Shown here: positions 40,331-55,760 of the stretch, one piece after another
How the letters are laid out: each line of letters starts with the position of its first letter
Position numbering within the stretch: position 1 is the stretch's first letter
Source: Eledone cirrhosa
Lineage: Eukaryota
Direction: 5' to 3'
Assembly (NCBI GenBank): GCA_964016885.1
Contig: OZ024740.1
Location: 348,998,001 to 349,062,000 of the forward strand
Length of the DNA stretch: 64,000 nt
The notes under the pieces: generated by a model
Told to the model about the DNA's origin: nothing
Databases searched by the model: none
The model's input: only the letters and a program-made list of their open reading frames with translations
Program-made: the position numbers and the translations under genes

Positions 40331-41096
40331 ACAACCTGAATTAATTCCACATCACTTAAATATATGTAGATGTTAGCAAATATTGTGATAAGATAATTGA
40401 TGTAAATTCAAATATAAAATATTACGTTAGATGCAGGTTTCGAATAACAAAGTGAATGAAACGATTTGGTTTCCAGTACAATCCATATACTTTTTATACT
40501 ATACTAGCATTAAAGCCCAGCGTTTCTCGGGGTCAGTAAGTTACCAAAGTTAGGTTGCACCACCCATTTTATGGCAGCACTTTTTTGTCTGCCAGGCACT
40601 GGGTGAATGAATTTCAGACCTGGACTGCCGAAGCAGGAGCTGCACCAGCAGTGACAATTGTGGTTTCGCCTATGGATATTATCTCTGTGCAAAGAAGTGT
40701 TGAAATTTATTGTTTCGCAGTACTTGCGTCACACGCGCATAGACGATGACAGCAGAAACAACAGAACTGCGATGGAGTTGTTCTGCATGGTTGTCTAATG
40801 TGTGTTTTCTAAATTTAAGACAGTAGGGAGTGGTGTGATATGGGGGGAGAGTTAGCTGCTGTTCCTAGTAGGTTTAGTGACCTCATAGAGGATATTATTG
40901 TGTATAGTAAATGAAATGATACTTCTTTCTTCCACGTTCGTTGATAGATGTTTTAAAAAAGATTTATCGCTATTTTTTGTTGTTGTTGAATAAATTCATC
41001 TGTTGCTTTTGAATAATTGATGTTTCGTAAAATGTAATAAGTTCTCTTTGTCATTGAAGTAAATAAATGTTTGACCCTTCCACACTCAAAAACAAA

Positions 41097-41179
<83 letters not shown>

Positions 41180-42830
41180 TTCTCTCTCTCTCTCTTCGGC
41201 GTTCCTAAAGGAAGTTTGTAAGCCTGTATGTAGTTTTATCGAATTCATAGGGGAGTAGAGAGAGTAAATCTGATTGTATTAGAGGGATAAAGCGTCATGT
41301 ATTTAGTTTTATCGATTATTTCCGTAATTGTTGGTGAGTTTAAATGAAATATATAGTCGTTGGTCTAAGTCTTACAGACTTTGAGTCGAATCGGTTTGAA
41401 ATTGTGCAAATATATAAACATAGAACATGCACACACACAACAACAACAATCTGCCTTTTATAGATAATGATTACATAATACTAATAATATAGAAGCATTG
41501 CATGTTTCATACAATTTATGTAATGATATATATGTGGTTAGAATGTCTCAGGAAAGAATGCCTGGACCAGATTTTACGGGCAAAACCAACCGGAAGAAGA
41601 CCCAAGGATAGACCCCGAGCAAGATGGCTGGATAACATCCATGAACTTGGCTGGTCTCGCTTGGGTATTAAGCCGGATTAGCTGCAGACGGTTACTTCTG
41701 ACAGGACTCGCTGGAAGGAGTAATGATATGAATATATGTTTAATATGTCTAGTATTTCGACGTCAAATTACACGTGTATTCAATTGAATAAGATAGAATT
41801 GGTTAATATTGTTTGGATACCACTGTAAAAATATTACTGACGTCATTAGACTAGCGACGTCTAATGTCAAGAATAAATATTCTTAGATAAGTTTCAGCGT
41901 AAAGTATATACTTTAAAATAGAATAAAATAAGACAAGCAATACTTCCAAGTGAACTCAGAAATATAGACACTAAAGTGTCATGTTTAAAGAGGTTCATCT
42001 AAATACAAATAAAAGAATTGAAAACAAGAATCTACGGAATTTTCATGTTATTTTTATTAAATACAAATAATGATCTTTGAATATTAATATGTACAACAAA
42101 GGAAAATATATGTATATTCAATATAATTTATGTATAACCAGGTTTACACAGCATTTAATAAAAGGTAAAAGTAATTTACACTTATATGTTGTTACTTGAG
42201 AGTATAAATTTTTATTATAAAAAATAATCATATATAGTGATTTGGTTCTAAGAGGAAATATATATGAATAAATCTAAAAAAGATAATTACTGTTATAATA
42301 TATCCATACATTTTACCCCGCTTACCACTGCATATATTAAATTCAGACAAATGCGAATACAAATAAATTATCCGTATCTCCAGCCCTTTCCTATGTAGGA
42401 CTATTGATATGGGAATTTTTTTGTTTGCTTGTGTGTATCTATGTGTGTATATACGAAAGAGCGAGTATGTATATATGAGATGAAACTGTACTTGCGCAAT
42501 TGTGTTCCAACCCATGTCGAATTGGGGGAAATAATTGTAAAAATGGAAGTCAGAGGGTATAGAGATGATGATTATAATTATCAAGATTTTGAAACAAAAT
42601 AATATATTGATACTAAGGGAACAATATTGGTAGATGCACTGTAATATTAAATCGTTGAAATTCTTTAAATATACAGATATCTTTGAAATAATATTTGAAA
42701 AATATTACATATTTTAAAAGAAGTAAAAAGATATAAAAATAATATAACCACATGGTGGCCAACAAATATTCATAACATTATGAGACACCTTCGCGTTACA
42801 TCGCAGTTTAAAATTTGGTAGTTCATTGCT

Positions 42831-43358
42831 TTACGACACATAATCGTTTCCATTTCCCTCAGTTGTCACATCAACTTTCCGTGCACAAACACAGGCTGTT
42901 GCGACCTCTATTACACTTGGACTATACACATACAGTCCATCAACACATTTATCTGTACGATTGAGGACTGTCATTTTAGTATACACTGCCACACATTGGT
43001 GATTGTTGTCAGAGCCTAGACAGTCTGTACAACGACACACTACCTCTGTACGTGATGGAGGGAAGACTGTTGAATTATGGGTAATCTTCAGGTACCAAGG
43101 GCAAGTTGAACGTTCACTGATGATATCAGAGGAAAGAGCAGATGTTGGACAAGTTTTATCTCCGTCTGTGAGTATAGGATGATTACTTTCTGCTGGAGCC
43201 ATTTCAGCTGGTAGAAAGAAATTGTTGCCAATGGCTGCACTGGATAAACTCTCGTAGCGGACTTTCAAATTAGTTGGTATTTCACATTGACCCTGGATTG
43301 GTGCCGAAGACGTGATGAAAATGTAGTTGAACATCAGGATTAAAATCTGGATAAGGCC
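42831..43358 (-). CDS. IL17: IL-17-like cytokine, exon 2 (copy E)
   Basis: Acceptor ttcttacag|GGC; GLIQILILMFNYIFITSSAP signal segment; intact knot motifs. Confidence 0.92.
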   Translation of the reverse strand, partial: GLIQILILMFNYIFITSSAPIQGQCEIPTNLKVRYESLSSAAIGNNFFLPAEMAPAESNHPILTDGDKTCPTSALSSDIISERSTCPWYLKITHNSTVFPPSRTEVVCRCTDCLGSDNNHQCVAVYTKMTVLNRTDKCVDGLYVYSPSVIEVATACVCARKVDVTTEGNGNDYVS

Positions 43359-44043
43359 CTGTAAGAATGAAAATGTTTTATTTTAAAGTGCAAAACGTAT
43401 CTAGATGAGTCATATACAACAGCCCTTTTAGAATATGTTGAAAACAAGATTAACTTAAATGTGAACCAACATCTTGCATCTGAATCCACCCTCAAAGCTG
43501 AGTATAGCTACACTATGAAAAGGGTCGAAGACTTTAAGTACTGCGGGTCCTGGATCATAAATTCTGGGAAGGTATTTTCCACCAGAAAAGCCCAAACAAA
43601 GTCAGCTTGCAGATGTTAGACCACATTTGGCGTTGCAGTCTTCCTAACTCTTTGAAAGTCTAGCTTTTCCAAGTCCAAATCCAGCCAATTCTACTCTTAT
43701 ATCCAGATGTCATAATCAAGGATTTTAATGTTCACATTCAGGATTGGAGGCTAACTTGAGCGACAGACCCACGTCTGTCGTTGAGTTTATTTCGGCCGAG
43801 GTCGCAGGGTGATGAACTAGTACGATTCTGTAATTAATATAATTTGCATTCGCAATGACCAAAGATAATAAAGGTAAATTTAGTGTGAATAGTTACTGAC
43901 TATCTCAATTGCTTTGGCATATACATACACACCCATGCACAATCTCCCAAACGCACAAGCACAAATACATACAAACATACATACTCATACACACACATAT
44001 ATATATATATACATATATATATATACATATATATATGTATATA

Positions 44044-44188
<145 letters not shown>

Positions 44189-44248
44189 GGATGTAAACAT
44201 GACAACATACAGAAATATATAAGATATCGTTAATTTAAGTTTACTTAC

Positions 44249-44260
44249 TGTAGTTATCAT
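44249..44260 (-). CDS. IL17: IL-17 copy E exon 1 coding part (MITT)
   Basis: ATGATAACTACA|GTAAGT, phase 0. TATATAAAA at about 44381-44390, CCGGAA and TGACGTTA at about 44403-44420. Confidence 0.8.
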
Positions 44261-45849
44261 TATACTGCTTGTGTTCACTTGGAATTGGATAAAGAATACA
44301 ACTGTATGAAATTATAACACTTGTGTCTTAGTTTCTCATGCGATGTACCTTCTTAATGATACCTTCAGACATAAGTTGTTTTTTTATATACAGTATTTGA
44401 GACCGGAAAATATGACGTTACACATAGGTAAGTAAAAGTATTTGAATAAATTAAATACGGACGGAAATACGGACGGAACTAGCAAGTATCTGAAGTGGTA
44501 ATAAATACATGTGTGTGTCATGTTACACTTACTTTTGGCTTTTCCAGCTTTTGTCATAATACGTTTCCCGGATTATTTAATATGACCTATATAACTACTG
44601 CCCACTCATTCGATAACATAATAGAGAAAAGAATAATCACTTACTTGTTGTAGTATTTCTATTTTTAGTATTTTATATATTTAAAAAATAAATAATCGAT
44701 AAAGTCGCTATATTTTTCAGTTAATTAAAGCAAAGTAAAAACTGCATTTCTCAGAATAGGCTTTCATCTTGAAAGACTCAAATATCTTCATCTCGGAGTA
44801 GCTGTTGACAAATAACGTGAAATGATAATTTTCTAAGCTTATAATATTTTACATATGTAAGAAAATAATGTTTCTTTTGTAAAAGTAAACTCTAAAAAAC
44901 GATATAATGTTAACGTACAAAATAATACTTTATTATGTAAAATTGTCAATTATACATAAACAGTTCGCTCATTAATGCAATATAATACAAAAGAATGTCT
45001 GAAAAGAAGCCTATTTCTGATTTTACAGTAGGTGAGTGGTACCCAAGTATGAGCACAATGGTACAAATTATAGCAACAATGGTACAAATTATTTAATAGT
45101 AACCATAAAATATGGTATATTTGAAGATATTTAATAATTAGAGTAACATTATTAGTGTTCCAATCATATAACATAAAAATTTCAAACGAAACTAGCATGA
45201 TTATTTTTGCTGTAGTGTGAATTTGTTGCGAATAACTCGAAACAGTTGTGTTTGTGGGCGTTTGTTAATATTGCACGTGTGAGTTTATTTTAATTGTTCT
45301 GTTTCATATATTTAAGTGTCTGCTTTTATTTCTAGACTTTCATTCACTATTTTTCTGTTTCTGGCGTATGTGTGTATATGTGTGCTTGTATATGCGTGTG
45401 AGCGTGTGCGTGTGTGTGTTTGTTTGTGTGCTTGTGTTGTATATGAGAGTGCATTATCATCTCATATTCGTTAACATATTTCTGAATCTAATGATATAAT
45501 ATGTGCGCGTGCCATTTGCTGTGCTCTGAATCATTAAGTGATAAAATATATACATGTATTCTTTTATAGTTGAATTAATTTACTAGTCTAAGATTTTGCT
45601 CAGTAGCCACGCTGGGGTAGGTCGTTCACGAAGATTTATCAATCCCAGTATTTATTAAAACAGTCATTACAACATTTCAACAAGAGATAGTAATTAGGAG
45701 AAAGAGTCAAACAAGGAATGAGAAATGAAAGCATGACAACAAAATATATGAACACCCGAAATAGCTACGTATGAACTAGCAGATGCATAAAGGATTAAAT
45801 AATTATACCACAACATTGGAAGAACTCATTATAAGATCAGAAGTCTACT

Positions 45850-46920
45850 AAAGACATTGGTGTCTCATTTAAATCTGGTTGCCGTTCCTACCAATCAGCC
45901 ATTTCCATGTTAGGCAATCAGTCCCAATATGTGCATTTAAATCTCCCTGTAGTATATAAGACTATATTACTGCTAACACTGCAGTGACTTCATCAAAGAA
46001 GGATCTGATCGTGTTCTATATTTGGTGCATCAACTTGCATATCATCTATCCCGATAGAATTCATTCTATAACATATTCTGACAGCAGGGGAATTTTGAGG
46101 AATCCCCGTTTCTGTCACCACACATGAATACTGGAGTTTTCCTCCTCCATGCAAAATCTACCGACTTTAGGGTTTAGATGAAATCCAGCTTTATATTGGC
46201 AAAAAACATTTTCTGGCTTCGTAATAATACGTCCCAGTCTTTATCTGCTATCGCTAACTCATCAGGAGTCTCTTCTCACTGCGGCGTGCATCCTCAAAAG
46301 GTGTAAAAAATCCAGTCACAACAATATATTCTGATGTACATAAGGTGCATGTAGGGTCGAAGAAATACATCTTGGTGGCTGCAATCAAGAGCAATTAAAG
46401 CGCTCAAAAGAGGCTCTGCTTCTTAGGAAGATGAATTTCGGCCCGCGATGTTAAATTCCTTAAATTGAGAAAGTATATTATGCTCGTGCCAATACGTGTG
46501 TTGCAGCAGGCCTGGATTTCTTGAAAGGCACCAAGCGTTGTCAATAGGGGGAGAGAATCCCAATTTTTTAAAAGGCAAAACAAGAAGGCTTACTCTTTTA
46601 CAAAAGAATGTTCTTGTTAAGCCTCGCCGGTAAAGTCTAAATTAAGTGTCTGGCAAAGCAATTTATGGGTATTTTTTAGCCTAATCTAGCTGAGAAACAG
46701 TGATCTTTGCCCCATATGTAACTAAGACGACCAAATATTCCCACTGTGGCAGGTATTCATGGTCTTATGTATGTTTGTTTCGTGAACATAAAAAAAGAAT
46801 ACGACCAAGCTCTAATATTTTGCAGGAATGTGAGATCGACGGACGGTTTCTTGTTGCTTTGAAGATCCTATTCGAATCACAAGTATTTGTGTCCGAATAA
46901 AATTCGAAACCATTTAATGA
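45850..46920. mobile_element. Decayed LINE RT fragments (CR1-like on minus 45850-46380; RTE-like on plus 46480-46920)
   Basis: GIPQNS and DDMQ on the minus strand; PIFKK.K....L.SLAGKV on the plus strand. Confidence 0.45.
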
Positions 46921-47594
46921 AGCTGGATGTTGGAATTGTTTCAGAAAATGTTTACATATCTCATAAATTACAGAGAAAGGCTAAAGGATTTATAAACCCA
47001 TTAAATATTTAGCCTAAGTAATTTGCTAGCTTGGAAAAAGGTTATAACAAGAATTTGGACTGTTCATAATTTTGCACTGGTTTATTCTGAGGGGTATAAA
47101 AAATAAGTGCTAAGAATAAAATAAGCAGGAATGGATACAAATAACTTAAGAACTGAATTTTCCAGAAATAGTGTTAAAGAAATATTAATGCCTTATATAA
47201 TAAGTTATCTTATTATACCTTTAATAATAAGTTATCTACATTGCTTGATAATATCCGATACAAACGTAGGGAAATACCTTTGTATCATTCAGATTAAATT
47301 TAAATTGTTTTAAACTTAGCCTCATTGTTAGATTAAGTGTTTAAGCATTCTAACAATGTACAATTTCTATCATCATATATTTGAGTTATGAGAAACACTT
47401 ACCTTAAGTAGAAACTCGTTATATCCACATTCATAAGAGACAAGTACTATCAACATAAACAACATCGTATGAAAGTATGGGTTCAGTCAGTTAGCTATGC
47501 AGAAGTAATGACTGACATTAAATATGAGACGCAAACATACACACACACATAATACACACACACACTCACAAACACACACATACATAGACACCCA

Positions 47595-47626
<32 letters not shown>

Positions 47627-49329
47627 ATCTGAATTTTTCGAATATTAATAATTGTTTCTACTTTAGGCACAAGGCCAGCAATTATCCACTGCATTACTGG
47701 TACTTTATTTTATCGACCCCGTAAGGATGAAAGGCAAAGTCAACCTCGGCGGGATTTGAACTCAGTCCGTAAAGGGACGTAACTGTGCTACAAAGCATGG
47801 CGTCCGACCCTCTACCGATACTGCCAATCCACCTAAATTGGATTATATAATGGTTGCGTATAAATCAATGAAATGAAGAAATAAGAGAAATTACGAATGA
47901 GCGATTCACTCTGCAGCCTCCCACAGACAAAAGGGCGAAAATATTGCTGGGAATTACATCCTGCGAGAGTTACAGCGGAATTGCCTGGATTTGTGGTCGA
48001 AATGATATAGCTAGTAGGGAAGAACCAGTCGCAATACATATTGTGATAGGTTAGTGATTTACTCCTCTCCAACAGTAGGAGGATTAACATGTCTGGTCTC
48101 TCAACATCACCATGGTCAAGACCGACAGGCTCTATTTATGGCTATTCTAACTTAAACAAGTCTTCTTACAAAGGTAACGCACACTATCTAGCCTATAGTT
48201 AAGGAATGAAATCCATGCTGTAAATTAATTTTTTTATAAGGAAATGGAGATAAATACACTCTCATTATAATAAACTAGCAATGGTACCCGGCGTTGCACG
48301 GGATAAGGTATTTTGGAACGTGGGCCGCCAACAGACCTAATCCTAGAAAAACTGCATGCGTGGACAATATGTAAAGAAAATAAATCGAATACTCTGATGG
48401 CTGAATAATCTTTAAAATTTTCCTCGATGAAGCAGGACAAATGCAGGTTTTCACCTAATGCGGGCCCTAGGGGATAATTTTTTTTATGTGCATAATATGC
48501 CTTGAAATTTCGGGAAAATCGGCTAGAGTTAACGCCTCAAAAAAGCCCTAAAATGCTGAAAAAATGAAGTTTTTCACCTAATGCGGGCCCCTAGGTCAGG
48601 AAAAAGTTGGATTTTCTTTGCTCACGGTATGAAGAAGAGACTGACTAATACATAGTTACAATTTCAAGGAAATCAGTCTGACGTAACGACTCAAAAAAAA
48701 ACTAGAAACATGAAAAAATGCAGTTTTTCAATTAATGCGGGCCCTAGGGAATCAAAAAGTTGAATTTTGTATGTGCATAACACTCCCTGAAACATAAGTA
48801 ATACACAGCTAAAGTTTGAAAAAAGTCGGTTGGGCACTACTCGAGTTTTAGGGATTCACACACACACACACACACACAGACATCCTCAGGGAAGTTACGT
48901 AGTGCAGACACCAGACATACAGACAGATATTATAAGGGCGCGACGTTATATGTATGTATCTATCTAAAAAGAGAAAGACTAAGAATTATAGAGTCAGATC
49001 GCTAAATCGCCTAATGGGGTCCCTAGGGCATTGAACATTTTTAATTTGTTTTGCTCAGAACACTCTCTGAAACATAAGTATTACATGTGTAAAGTTTGAA
49101 ACCAGTCGGTTGGGTGGTTCTCGAGTTTTAGGGATTCAATCTCACACCCACACAGACAGACATCCTCAGTTTTATATATATAGATAATTGATAATCACAC
49201 ACATACACACACAAACACACACATACACACACACATATATATATGTGTGTGTGTGTGTGTGCATAAGGATGCAAACACAACTAAATATGGAAATATATAA
49301 GATATCATTATTAATTTAAGTTTACTTAC

Positions 49330-49344
49330 ATTAGCCATCATCAT
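49330..49344 (-). other. Orphan IL-17-type exon 1 (MMMAN) with intact donor and promoter (about 49475-49520)
   Basis: ATGATGATGGCTAAT|GTAAGT, TATATAAG and CCGGAAAAGAAATTT. No private exon 2 is visible downstream. Confidence 0.7.
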
Positions 49345-50429
49345 TTTTACTTCTTGTTTTCTTGGAAATGGAAAAAGGAGGAGAACTGTAGGATATTGTA
49401 CAACTAAGACTCGCGGAACTTTATCTCGCAAATGATGTACCTTTCTGTGAATGATATTTGCTATCATAAGCATTTTTCTTATATACAATTCTTGAAACCG
49501 GAAAAGAAATTTAGATATACACATGGCGTAGACTTAACATATGAACACGGGCGGAACTAAGAATTATCTCGTGCGATAATGAATCCAGCGTTAATATTTC
49601 ACTTATGGGAATGATGCAAAATTCATGTAATCTATATTCCTCCTGCACCCATCAAGTATGGGAGGAGTAAAGGTTGTCAGGGCAAATCACTTGTTCACTT
49701 TAATCATTGTTTATTTACACCTTACAAAAATTCAGGGTGTGGCAAATAGTTTCCACTGATAAACAGAGAGCAAAGTAAATAATCAATTCTCAAACATTTC
49801 ATTAATTAACTAATATAAAAAAAAACTGCACCGGAACCTAATATCCAACTAGCTGTCATAAATATATCTATTATACAAATCGGAACGTCATCTATCGTGG
49901 AAATTATATAATAGTATTCTTCCAATATATTTGGAAGTTGTTTTGATAACTACACTATGATTAATAGTGTTCATAGAAGTGTAGATAGGGGTATAATTTA
50001 ACTACAAATCAAATAATCTTAGGCAAAGGCAGAAACTGAAGATTACATTTAAGATGTACAGGAACAATGCCTAACCAGAAATAATCATAAAGGCAAATAT
50101 TTTATATGAGAAATAAATAACAACTGCTCTCAGGTGAGCTTCAACGTTTCTAATTACGAAGACTCAACATAACAGGATGAAATCAAACATGGAGTATTTC
50201 CAAAGACACTCCCAAATGTAGATACTAAAGTTCCTTGTTCAAGGAGGTTCAACCAAATACAAGGGGTAGGATTGTACATAACATTATGAGCTTTGTTCAA
50301 TTTTAACAAAATACAATTAATGATATTTAAATATTAATATGTAAAACATTATATTCAAAGGACTAATCAAGTTTATGCAACGATAATAAAAAGAAATTAA
50401 TTTATAACGTGTTACTTGAGAGTATAAAC

Positions 50430-51240
50430 AATTGCTGGTAGGGGATAAGTTGCAGTTTTGCACACTCCAGACTCTATGCAAGTTGCACCCAACCTGTTCG
50501 TGCCAAATACCTAAGCCAAAACCAACATGGGCAAACAAAACAACACACAGGCTTACTGTCCAGGAAGTATGCTGAGGTTGCACGTACAGCCCCAACGAAA
50601 ATCAGTCACATCAAAACTCGCGACCACCACAAATAAGACCCACAGAGTCGCCAGCACTGATACCCACACAAATGCCATATCAGCAGCCACCACTGACACC
50701 ACAAATGTCACACCAGTGCTACATGTCAGATACCTGGTAAAACTGACCAACATGTGTAAGATCACCTACCAAATAGACCTAGCCACAAGCAATAAAACAA
50801 TACGCATGACACTAACTTAAGCTCACCTGACAGCTATCATAGCAGATATGGAAATACACATACCAAAATATGTTGTATTTCGTACTGAAAGGAAGAAGAG
50901 AACTCGTGGTAGAGTTACTTTGTACATCCATGAAGATGTCAAATCATTAGTACCGTTGTCACATTCCAACTCGGTCTGTGACACGCTAAAGATACACGTC
51001 AATCAAAATAGTAATATGTGTCAGATATTGACCACCAGATGCCCCCAGATTTGAGGACAATTTTGAAGGTTGTCTCAGAGGGATTAAAGAAGTGCTGATC
51101 AAATTGGGCCAGAACCACAACACACTACTGAGGTTCAATGGCCCGAAGGTCAGCCACTCTCAGGAATGACGGTACTTGAACAAAGGCAGACAGAATCCTT
51201 GCTGTTCCTTACAAACAGATTCTTCATGGAACATATAGCA
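50430..51240 (+). mobile_element. CR1-like LINE fragment (ORF1 end and endonuclease start)
   Basis: EIHIPKYVVFR.ER..R.RGRVTLYI motif. Confidence 0.6.
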
Positions 51241-53579
51241 GAACTTGGAATGTATATTCCGGTGAAAACAGTAGATGTACAGCTAACAGGAGGAACTCTG
51301 TCTCTTCCCAACTTACGGATAGGCTACTTTGCCGGTCCCGGTAAAGTAGACACACATGCTTTTAAAGCTTATTTTACAGGTCCCCCGTAAATATAAATAG
51401 TGCTAGTGTTGGGTTATGGTTCAAATTGTCTTATTAATTGGTGAAAATAAATAAACTTCTGTGTTAAATCTATGTGTTGTTATTTTTAGCATTACCTGCC
51501 TTAATTAAAATGGTTTCTGGCCAACAATTTTGCCAGGACACACCATCCTATTTCTTTTATTCAAGTTTTATGTTTACGTAGTTACAAAAATTCAAGCTGT
51601 GTTATAGTATTTGTTTATTGAACGACAGGCAACAAAATAATAGGGTTTTTTTTCCGTAGAATTTCTATTTTTATTATCTTATCTATTTGGTTCTGGTAAT
51701 CTATATTTTCATATATCTTAACAAAATCATTGTTAAAGTTGTGAAGTGTTTCACCTAAATATAACTCATTTTTAGCAAAATAAAACCTGCGTAACCTAGA
51801 ACAGATTTTCGTCTTGAAAGACACAAACATTCATCTCGGCATAATTGTTGAGAAATAATTTGAAATTGTCGTTTTTAAACTTACAATATATTACATCATA
51901 TGTAAAGAAAAAAATGTGTTCCTTCGTTAAAAACAATCTCTAGAATTGTATGGAAAATATGCAAGGGCTTAGGTTATGTAGAACAAAGTAAATCAGTTAC
52001 ACTAATATAGTACTTGTCAAATATAAAGACCTCCTTAATTAACTAATATAAAAATACTCATCACTTTACAGTTGCTGAATGTTACCTAACTATTACGTCA
52101 TATATTTAGTTGATACTAGCAGAATGGCCCGGCGTTGCTCAGGATTCTAAACATAGATTGGCATGTCTATCCCTCCTTTCTGAAACAGTACAGAGAAGTA
52201 CGGACTACCTTGGCCTCGGTATGATGTCTACATTTTGTGCTTATGAAAGAATTCGTCGTAGATTACCAAGGATTTAACTTAATTGGGTGCCTGAGAGTAA
52301 AATGTTCAACCCACGAAAGCCAAGACGATAGGGTTAAGTAAAAAGGCATTCGACAAACCGAACAAAGCAAAGAATCGCTGTTTTCACCCTTAACGGGATC
52401 TTCTGAAACTAAAAAAATCAATCTGTGAGCGCAGAAGTAAATATTTCGAAAAACGTTACACACTATATATATACATATACTCACACTATATATACGTATA
52501 TACACACACACACACAGATAGCGAATGTCATAATGCAGACAGCCAGATATACAGATAGATATTATAAGGGGGCGTCGTTATAGCTATGTATCTATCTAAA
52601 AGGACAGACTAAGAAAGAGAGAGATCTTAACCGGCGCCTAATGCGGTCCCTAGGGCATTTAAAATTTGGAATATTTTTGCTCAAAACACTCACACGACCA
52701 TTAGTATTATATGTGTATAGTTTGAAAAATAACGATTGGGTGGTTCTCGAGTTTTAGGGAGACAGACAGACAGACAGACAGACAGACATTCTCTGTTTTA
52801 GATATATAGATAATCGTAGAAATTATTTAGTAGTTAGTTCAATTCATAATATTTTGAAGAGTTGTTAATAATTAGAATATCATTAATGGTGTTTCGACTG
52901 TATTACTTAGGAATTTCTAGTGAAACTAACAGCTGAACATTCGACCTGTAGTTTGAAGATGCCGCAAATAATTTGAAATACATAACGTATGAGTGTGTTT
53001 GGGGTCGATAAAATAAAGTACCAGTAATGCACTGGGTAATTGCTGGCCTTGTGCCTAAAGTAGAAACAATTATTCTATTTTACATATGTTTGAGTGTGTG
53101 TGTGTGTGTGTGAGGGTTTCAATCTATACACCCACGCTGCATATATCTGCCATTGTACGTTTGTCTGTGTGAGCGTGTGCATTACCATAACATATTAGGT
53201 ACCATGCTCCAGCATCTAACTTTAAAACGACCATGTGTTCTTTTTGTTATGTACAGTGTGCCACAAAACGATCAAATATTTATATGCATTCTATTATATT
53301 TGAATTATATTACTGATCTCAATCATTGATCGGCAGCTATGTTAAGGTAAATTCTGCAAGAAAAATGTTCGATTACAGTATTTATGAAAACAGCGCATCA
53401 CAACAATTAAACAACAAACAGTAATTCGAAGTAACAGACTAATCAACGAATGGTAAATGAAAGGACAATAAGTATGATGAACATAGATTAACGTAATCAG
53501 CTGCCATAGCTACAGATGAACTAGTAGCTCATTAAAAGAATGCATAAATACATTAGTGCTGCAAAGTTTGAGACCTCCA

Positions 53580-53990
53580 TATTCGCGAGAAAGCCTTCTT
53601 AGTGCGCTCTGCGTGTGAGAAGAGGTACACAAAAAGTGTGTTGGAGAAGTTCAAGTACCTCGTGGCCGTTTACACGAGTGATGGACGGCAAGAGGCTGTA
53701 TTAAATGCAATATTTGCTGGAGTTGCTGCGCTAGCTTCAGCACTAGGTCATGAGAAAAAGGGAGATAGAAATAAAAGCCAAACTCGCCATCTTCGTCTTC
53801 TCCTTTCCTATTGTCAGGAATCTTTGATGATAATCGGAAACATACGATCAAGAATACAAGCCCCCGAAAAGTGCTTCCTCAGAAGGGTTCTGGGGTAAAG
53901 TGACTCGATAGATTGCGTAGAGCGAAGATTAGGGAGTCGTGCCAGGGAGAGTCGTGCCAGAGAGAGCCGCTACTTCTCTTCATTGAGACA
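53580..53990 (+). mobile_element. RTE-like LINE 3' fragment
   Basis: EKFKYL..V.TSDG and RSRIQA.E..FLRRV.G motifs. Confidence 0.65.
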
Positions 53991-55728
53991 CGGTTAAGAT
54001 GTCTAAGAAACAACCATCCATAACATATTAAGAGGAGTTGAAGTGATTCCTTTACATATGACACTGTCGAACACTACCAAATCAGATCATTGTCGACGAG
54101 AGCAAAAATATGCAAACATAACTTGATATATACTGGACTGATTACCGAAAATCATTTGGCAATACACAAGTGTTACCCCTAGAAAATTAAGCATATAAAT
54201 GCTCACAAAGTACATGAGCTTGCCACGTCTCAAGGAAACCAAAACTAGGACTAAATTATAAAGATATTATACTTGATACACATATATGAAGAACAATATT
54301 CCAGGGAGAACACTTACTATCTATACATTTTATTCCTTCTACACTTAATCTTCTCCGATACGTTAAAGAAATCTATTAAATGAAACCATTATTGCTTTCA
54401 AAAGTAACGCATAAACTATAAATATATACTCTAAACAATACACCTTTGCCAGTGCTACAAAATATATTTCGTGTATTCAGCCAATACAAGAAAGAAATGA
54501 ATACGCTTGGCGTGCCGGTTATAATCGACGGATTCAATGTTATAAAATGGCAATTCAGTTTATTATATTGAAGTCGTAATAATTAGAACATCAGAAACCT
54601 AGCGCTCCATATGCGCCATATCAAACTGATAAACTGATAATACATCTAACTGCTAGATAAACTTAGGGCCTTATAATATGCAACTAAAGAATAGCAACAA
54701 AATATAAACAGTGTGACTTTAAATACTCTTAGAAGCAAGCAAACTGGAGATGTTATGGGTAAGAAGAATACTCGGAGAAAAATTAAATGTATAGGCAAAT
54801 TAATTGCTTGAAATGTGCGAGAGAGACACATTTAAATAAGAAGAAAGCAAAAGCAAGCTTAAAAACAAACCTAAATATAAAATGACATACCAAAATATAC
54901 AGAATATAAAATGGAAAGTAAAACCACTTCATGATCTGTATCCTAGAAATATAGAAAGATATATATTACGACAGTATGAGCGATATGGGAGAAGATTTGA
55001 TAGATTGGTATTAAGCTAAACGCCATCACCCGAAATAATCTAAGGTAATGACAGAAAGAGATGTTCTCATTTATGTTGTTCAGGAACATGGTGTAGACAC
55101 ACAATTACAAAATTAAAATACAATAAAGAAGACACCGAGAATGTAATCATTACAATATGACAATTAACTAAATTGTTCCTGTTAATCGATTGCTTGATAA
55201 TTCTGAAAGGATTCACAGATACAATTGCATTGACAATTATATTCACTGGGTAATAGGACAATACTATATCAACGCTTTATCATGATAACAAAAACAATAC
55301 TTGAAATTGCTTTCAAGTTCATAAACTAGCATATCTAACATGAACTTATAAAATGGTTCCATTATCACATATAATATATCAGTTGGAGAGACTGGATCGA
55401 AACATAAAGGGCTTTGGTTATAGAATATAGAAGTATATTACTAGACTTTGTAAAAGATGAGATTGATAATAAATTATTATGCATCTCATATTCAGTTTAT
55501 GTAAAGATACTGAGCTATACATATATATTACACAAACACACACACACATATGTATATATATATATATATATATATAATAATTATAATATTTAACTCCGTA
55601 ATAGCACCACCAACTACAAAAACAAAGACGGTTGAACTGCTTTACGTTGAGTACTCTCTATATTATTGCATTACGATTGACCATACGGAATAGACCAGCT
55701 CTATACAGTGGTGAACCTCAAACCTGAA

Positions 55729-55760
<32 letters not shown>

